Assembly: GCA_964471275.1 (NCBI GenBank)
Contig: CAYYGZ010000008.1
Span: 1 to 39,654 of the forward strand
Direction: 5' to 3'
Source of the DNA: an uncultured bacterium
GTDB taxonomy: Bacteria; Latescibacterota; UBA2968
Length of the DNA stretch: 39,654 bases
A program made the translations under genes and the position numbers. Shown in pieces: positions 36,952 to 39,654 of this stretch (within the stretch, counting starts at the first letter, position 1; every line of letters starts with the position of its first letter). The notes under the pieces were generated by a model. The model worked only from the letters and a program-made list of their open reading frames with translations. It did no database searches and was not told the DNA's origin.

Positions 36952-38097
36952 ATGGGAGCGTTTGTGGATCGTATAGACCCGCTGCTGTCGTCTGACATGT
37001 TTGTCGGTATTGACGGGATTGCTCATCTGTGTACGGGTGGGGAGGGGCCCTGGTTTCGGTCGCAGGAGAAGGTGTATCGTCAGTTTTCCGAGTGGAAAAG
37101 CGCGGGACACGACGGGCGTGACGAGATCTATCGCGTCGGGGATGCGTGTCGAGTGAAGATGGGACAGCTCTGGGGCGTGTCGGGCAACAGGATCGCCTTC
37201 ATGCAGGCCGCTGCGGAGGGTATGGGGTGGCTGTCACGCGGTCTGGACTGGCGCGAAGGGGACAATGTCGTCACGACGAATCTCGAATTCCCATCCGTTG
37301 CCTACGCGTGGAAACATCTGGAGTCGATGGGTGTTGAAATCCGGATGGTTCCGCACAAGAACTGGACGGTGGATGAGGGGGATCTGATCGAAGCTATCGA
37401 TGCCCGGACCCGTGTTCTGGCGATCAGCCACGTCAGCTTCTACACGGGGCAGACACACGACCTTGTGAGGCTTTCCGATGCCGCACGAAAGAAAGGCTGC
37501 CTGTTCGCTCTGGATGCGACGCATTCCGCGGGTGTGATTCGAGTCCCCGCTGCCCTCACGGATCTGACGGTGAGCAGCGCCTACAAATGGCTGTTGACGA
37601 CGCACGGCACCGCCCCCTGTTATGTGAGCGAGGAAGCCGAGTCCCAGATCGCAACAACGTGCTTCGGCTGGCACAACCTCAATGTCTGGCCCAAGCAGGA
37701 GGCGGAACGCCACGCTACGGTCGATGAACTGCCGATGCCAGAGCGGATGGAACCCGGTAATCCATCGATGCAGGTGATTATGCATCTCGACCATTCGGTA
37801 GGGATTCTGCTGAATCTGGGTGTGGATCGAATCGAGAAGCACGCACGTGACCTCGCGGGCTACGCGAGCGACGGGATCGAGGGACTTGGGTTCAAGCTGA
37901 TGTCGGCGGACGATAGAGAGTCACGCTCCGGGAACACGACGTTCAGGATCGAGAATGCGGAAGACGTCGTTGCCGAGATGAAGAAGAAGCATATCCTGCT
38001 GTGGGGTGAGTTTGGCCGGATACGCGTGTCGACCCACGCACACAACGGAACAGAAGATCTGGATCGGCTGTTTGATGCTTTGAGAGAATACGTTTAG
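36952..38097 (+). CDS. Aminotransferase class V PLP-dependent enzyme
   Basis: LEFPS, ISHVSFYTG, LDATHSAG, SAYKWL (PLP Lys), RIRVSTHAHN. Confidence 0.9.
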   Translation: MGAFVDRIDPLLSSDMFVGIDGIAHLCTGGEGPWFRSQEKVYRQFSEWKSAGHDGRDEIYRVGDACRVKMGQLWGVSGNRIAFMQAAAEGMGWLSRGLDWREGDNVVTTNLEFPSVAYAWKHLESMGVEIRMVPHKNWTVDEGDLIEAIDARTRVLAISHVSFYTGQTHDLVRLSDAARKKGCLFALDATHSAGVIRVPAALTDLTVSSAYKWLLTTHGTAPCYVSEEAESQIATTCFGWHNLNVWPKQEAERHATVDELPMPERMEPGNPSMQVIMHLDHSVGILLNLGVDRIEKHARDLAGYASDGIEGLGFKLMSADDRESRSGNTTFRIENAEDVVAEMKKKHILLWGEFGRIRVSTHAHNGTEDLDRLFDALREYV

Positions 38098-38141
38098 CGG
38101 GGAGCACAAAACGCAATGCGAGAGACCAAGAGGGGCGAGCT

Positions 38142-38972
38142 ATGATGAAACTTGGATGTATGTCGCTGAGCTATAAGGATCAATTCCGAGACGGGAAGAT
38201 CGATCTCGAAGGGTTTATCGACAAAGCGTACGAGATGCGGCTGGACGGGATCGATATCCACACGCGCGCGTTCGCCTCCACGGAGCCGGACTACCTGAGA
38301 GACATCCGTTTGCGATGTCTGAAGCGGGGATTGGCGATCTCGTATATCGGTGTGAGCAACAATTTCGGGAAACCGCAGGAGGAATTGCCGGATGTCGTTC
38401 AGGATGTGAAGGACTGGGTCGACATCGCAGATTTCATGGGGATCCCGATGGTGCGCGTTTTTGCAGCGTGGGTACCGGAGGGTGAGACGGAAGAGCGGGT
38501 GTGGGAACGTCTGATGCCGTGTATGGAAGAGGTGGCCGCCTACGGTCAGCACAAGGGCGTGGTGCTCGGATTGCACAACCACAATCATGGATGCATCACG
38601 GGGACGGGAAAAGAGGTTCTGCGGATTCTGGACGGCGTGGATAATCCGTATCTGTCGCACATTCTGGATACAGGACAGTATCTGGGGTCGCCCGGATCGT
38701 CCGGCCAGAGGGGGAAGGAAGATCCGGCCTTGAATTTCTACGGAAGCATCGAAGAGACGGCTCCCAGGGCCGTTCACGTAAGGGCGAAGATCTACCGGAT
38801 TGCGACTGGCGAAGAGGCATGGCTCGACTATCCGCGTATCTTCGGTATCCTGAAAGGCGTCGACTACAACGGGTGGGTGTCGATGGTGTATGAAGGGCAG
38901 GATGAAGAAGAGGAAGAGACCGCAGTGCCGAAGGCGATTTCGTATCTGCGCCGATTTGTACCCGGTACGTGA
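38142..38972 (+). CDS. Sugar phosphate isomerase/epimerase (AP endonuclease 2 TIM barrel)
   Basis: LDGIDIH, MVRVFAA, LGLHNHNHG, ILDTGQY, VHVRAK, YNGWVSMVYEG. Confidence 0.88.
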   Translation: MMKLGCMSLSYKDQFRDGKIDLEGFIDKAYEMRLDGIDIHTRAFASTEPDYLRDIRLRCLKRGLAISYIGVSNNFGKPQEELPDVVQDVKDWVDIADFMGIPMVRVFAAWVPEGETEERVWERLMPCMEEVAAYGQHKGVVLGLHNHNHGCITGTGKEVLRILDGVDNPYLSHILDTGQYLGSPGSSGQRGKEDPALNFYGSIEETAPRAVHVRAKIYRIATGEEAWLDYPRIFGILKGVDYNGWVSMVYEGQDEEEEETAVPKAISYLRRFVPGT

Positions 38973-39166
38973 TCCGCAGACGGTAGAGGGGATCTTCACG
39001 GCCGCCGAAATTCGCCACAGGTCTCCTAGATTCCTGTGGTCTCGTCATCGACGCGTCACAGGCACAGCGGCCGACGTGAGCGAGAGAGATCCGGAAAAGC
39101 AAGTCAGGAATGCGTTCAAAATGCAAAGCTCAGAATCCAGAACCCAGAACGAAGGCGGGTAGCACA

Positions 39167-39654
39167 GTGGCGATTGCACGAGACATAGAAGTAACACCCG
39201 AAGAGCAACCGGATCGGATTACCAAACGGTCGGTTGTCCTGGGGATCATAACCGCAGCGCTGATGTCGTATTCCGGAAATCTGCTGGAACTGGTGCTGCA
39301 CGCGGGATCGATCGTGAAATCGAGCTATCCTGTGGCCCTGATCCTTTGGTTCTGTATCTGGATTATTNNNNNNNNNNGCTCGGTGTCATTCGCCCGGCCT
39401 GGATGCTGACGCGTATCGAGCTGATGGTCATCTTCGGGACCATCTGGATCGCGGGGATGATGCCCGGTGTCGGATGGATGGGGTATCTGATCGGGGCGCT
39501 GCCGGCACCCCATTTCTTCGCGACACCAGAAAACCGCTGGGAAGAGCTCTTCTTCGATCAGCTCCCGATGTGGGCATTCCCGAACCCGACTGCCGAGATC
39601 ATGGATCGGTTCTATTTCGGGCTTCACGAAGGTGAGTCTGTCCCGTGGGGCTCG
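39167..39654 (+). CDS. DUF6785-like polytopic membrane protein (partial; N gap 39368-39377; runs off window)
   Basis: ITKRSVVLG...[gap]...LTRIELMVIF...PHFFATPENRWEELFFDQLPMW...FYFGLHEGESVPW. Confidence 0.65.

Noticed and set aside
29947..39377. Frame breaks in the GNAT and DUF6785-like genes
   Set aside because: They coincide with 10-N scaffold gaps and are assembly artefacts rather than pseudogenes.
1..39654. CRISPR array, tRNA, rRNA or riboswitch
   Set aside because: No regularly spaced repeat-spacer units, cloverleaf or recognisable riboswitch consensus seen by eye; a covariance-model scan was not possible.

Overview
GC-rich bacterial scaffold with three 10-N gaps, probably from a metagenome-assembled genome. 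The gene content (URO-D-like, Gfo/Idh/MocA, DUF1080, heparinase II/III-like, DUF6785-like membrane protein, REP-like and heptamer repeats) suggests a Latescibacterota/Poribacteria-type heterotroph; this is inference only. The most notable locus is two divergent glycyl radical enzymes in tandem (Cys loops GCSE and GCYE, glycyl loops RVWGF and RVTGW) followed by one radical-SAM activase. A URO-D-like gene lies upstream and a truncated RraA-like aldolase downstream; neither GRE looks like pyruvate formate-lyase. Most of the rest encodes apparently cytoplasmic carbohydrate catabolism: GH38, GH116, a heparinase II/III-like lyase, an orphan 632-aa lyase-like protein, two Gfo/Idh/MocA enzymes, DUF1080, a TIM-barrel isomerase and an amidohydrolase. 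Other genes are an HD-GYP phosphodiesterase, a Fic protein, an EmrAB-like efflux pair, a nitrilase-family hydrolase, a GNAT, an opine dehydrogenase-like enzyme and a class V aminotransferase. The window also has many decay scars: two fused IS3 remnants, a BrnT/BrnA pair with a nonsense-mutated antitoxin, a frameshifted ybaK, two broken MFS genes, an internally deleted receiver domain and deletion-fusion junctions. No CRISPR array, tRNA or rRNA was seen. All family calls come from motif recognition by eye; no database search was run.
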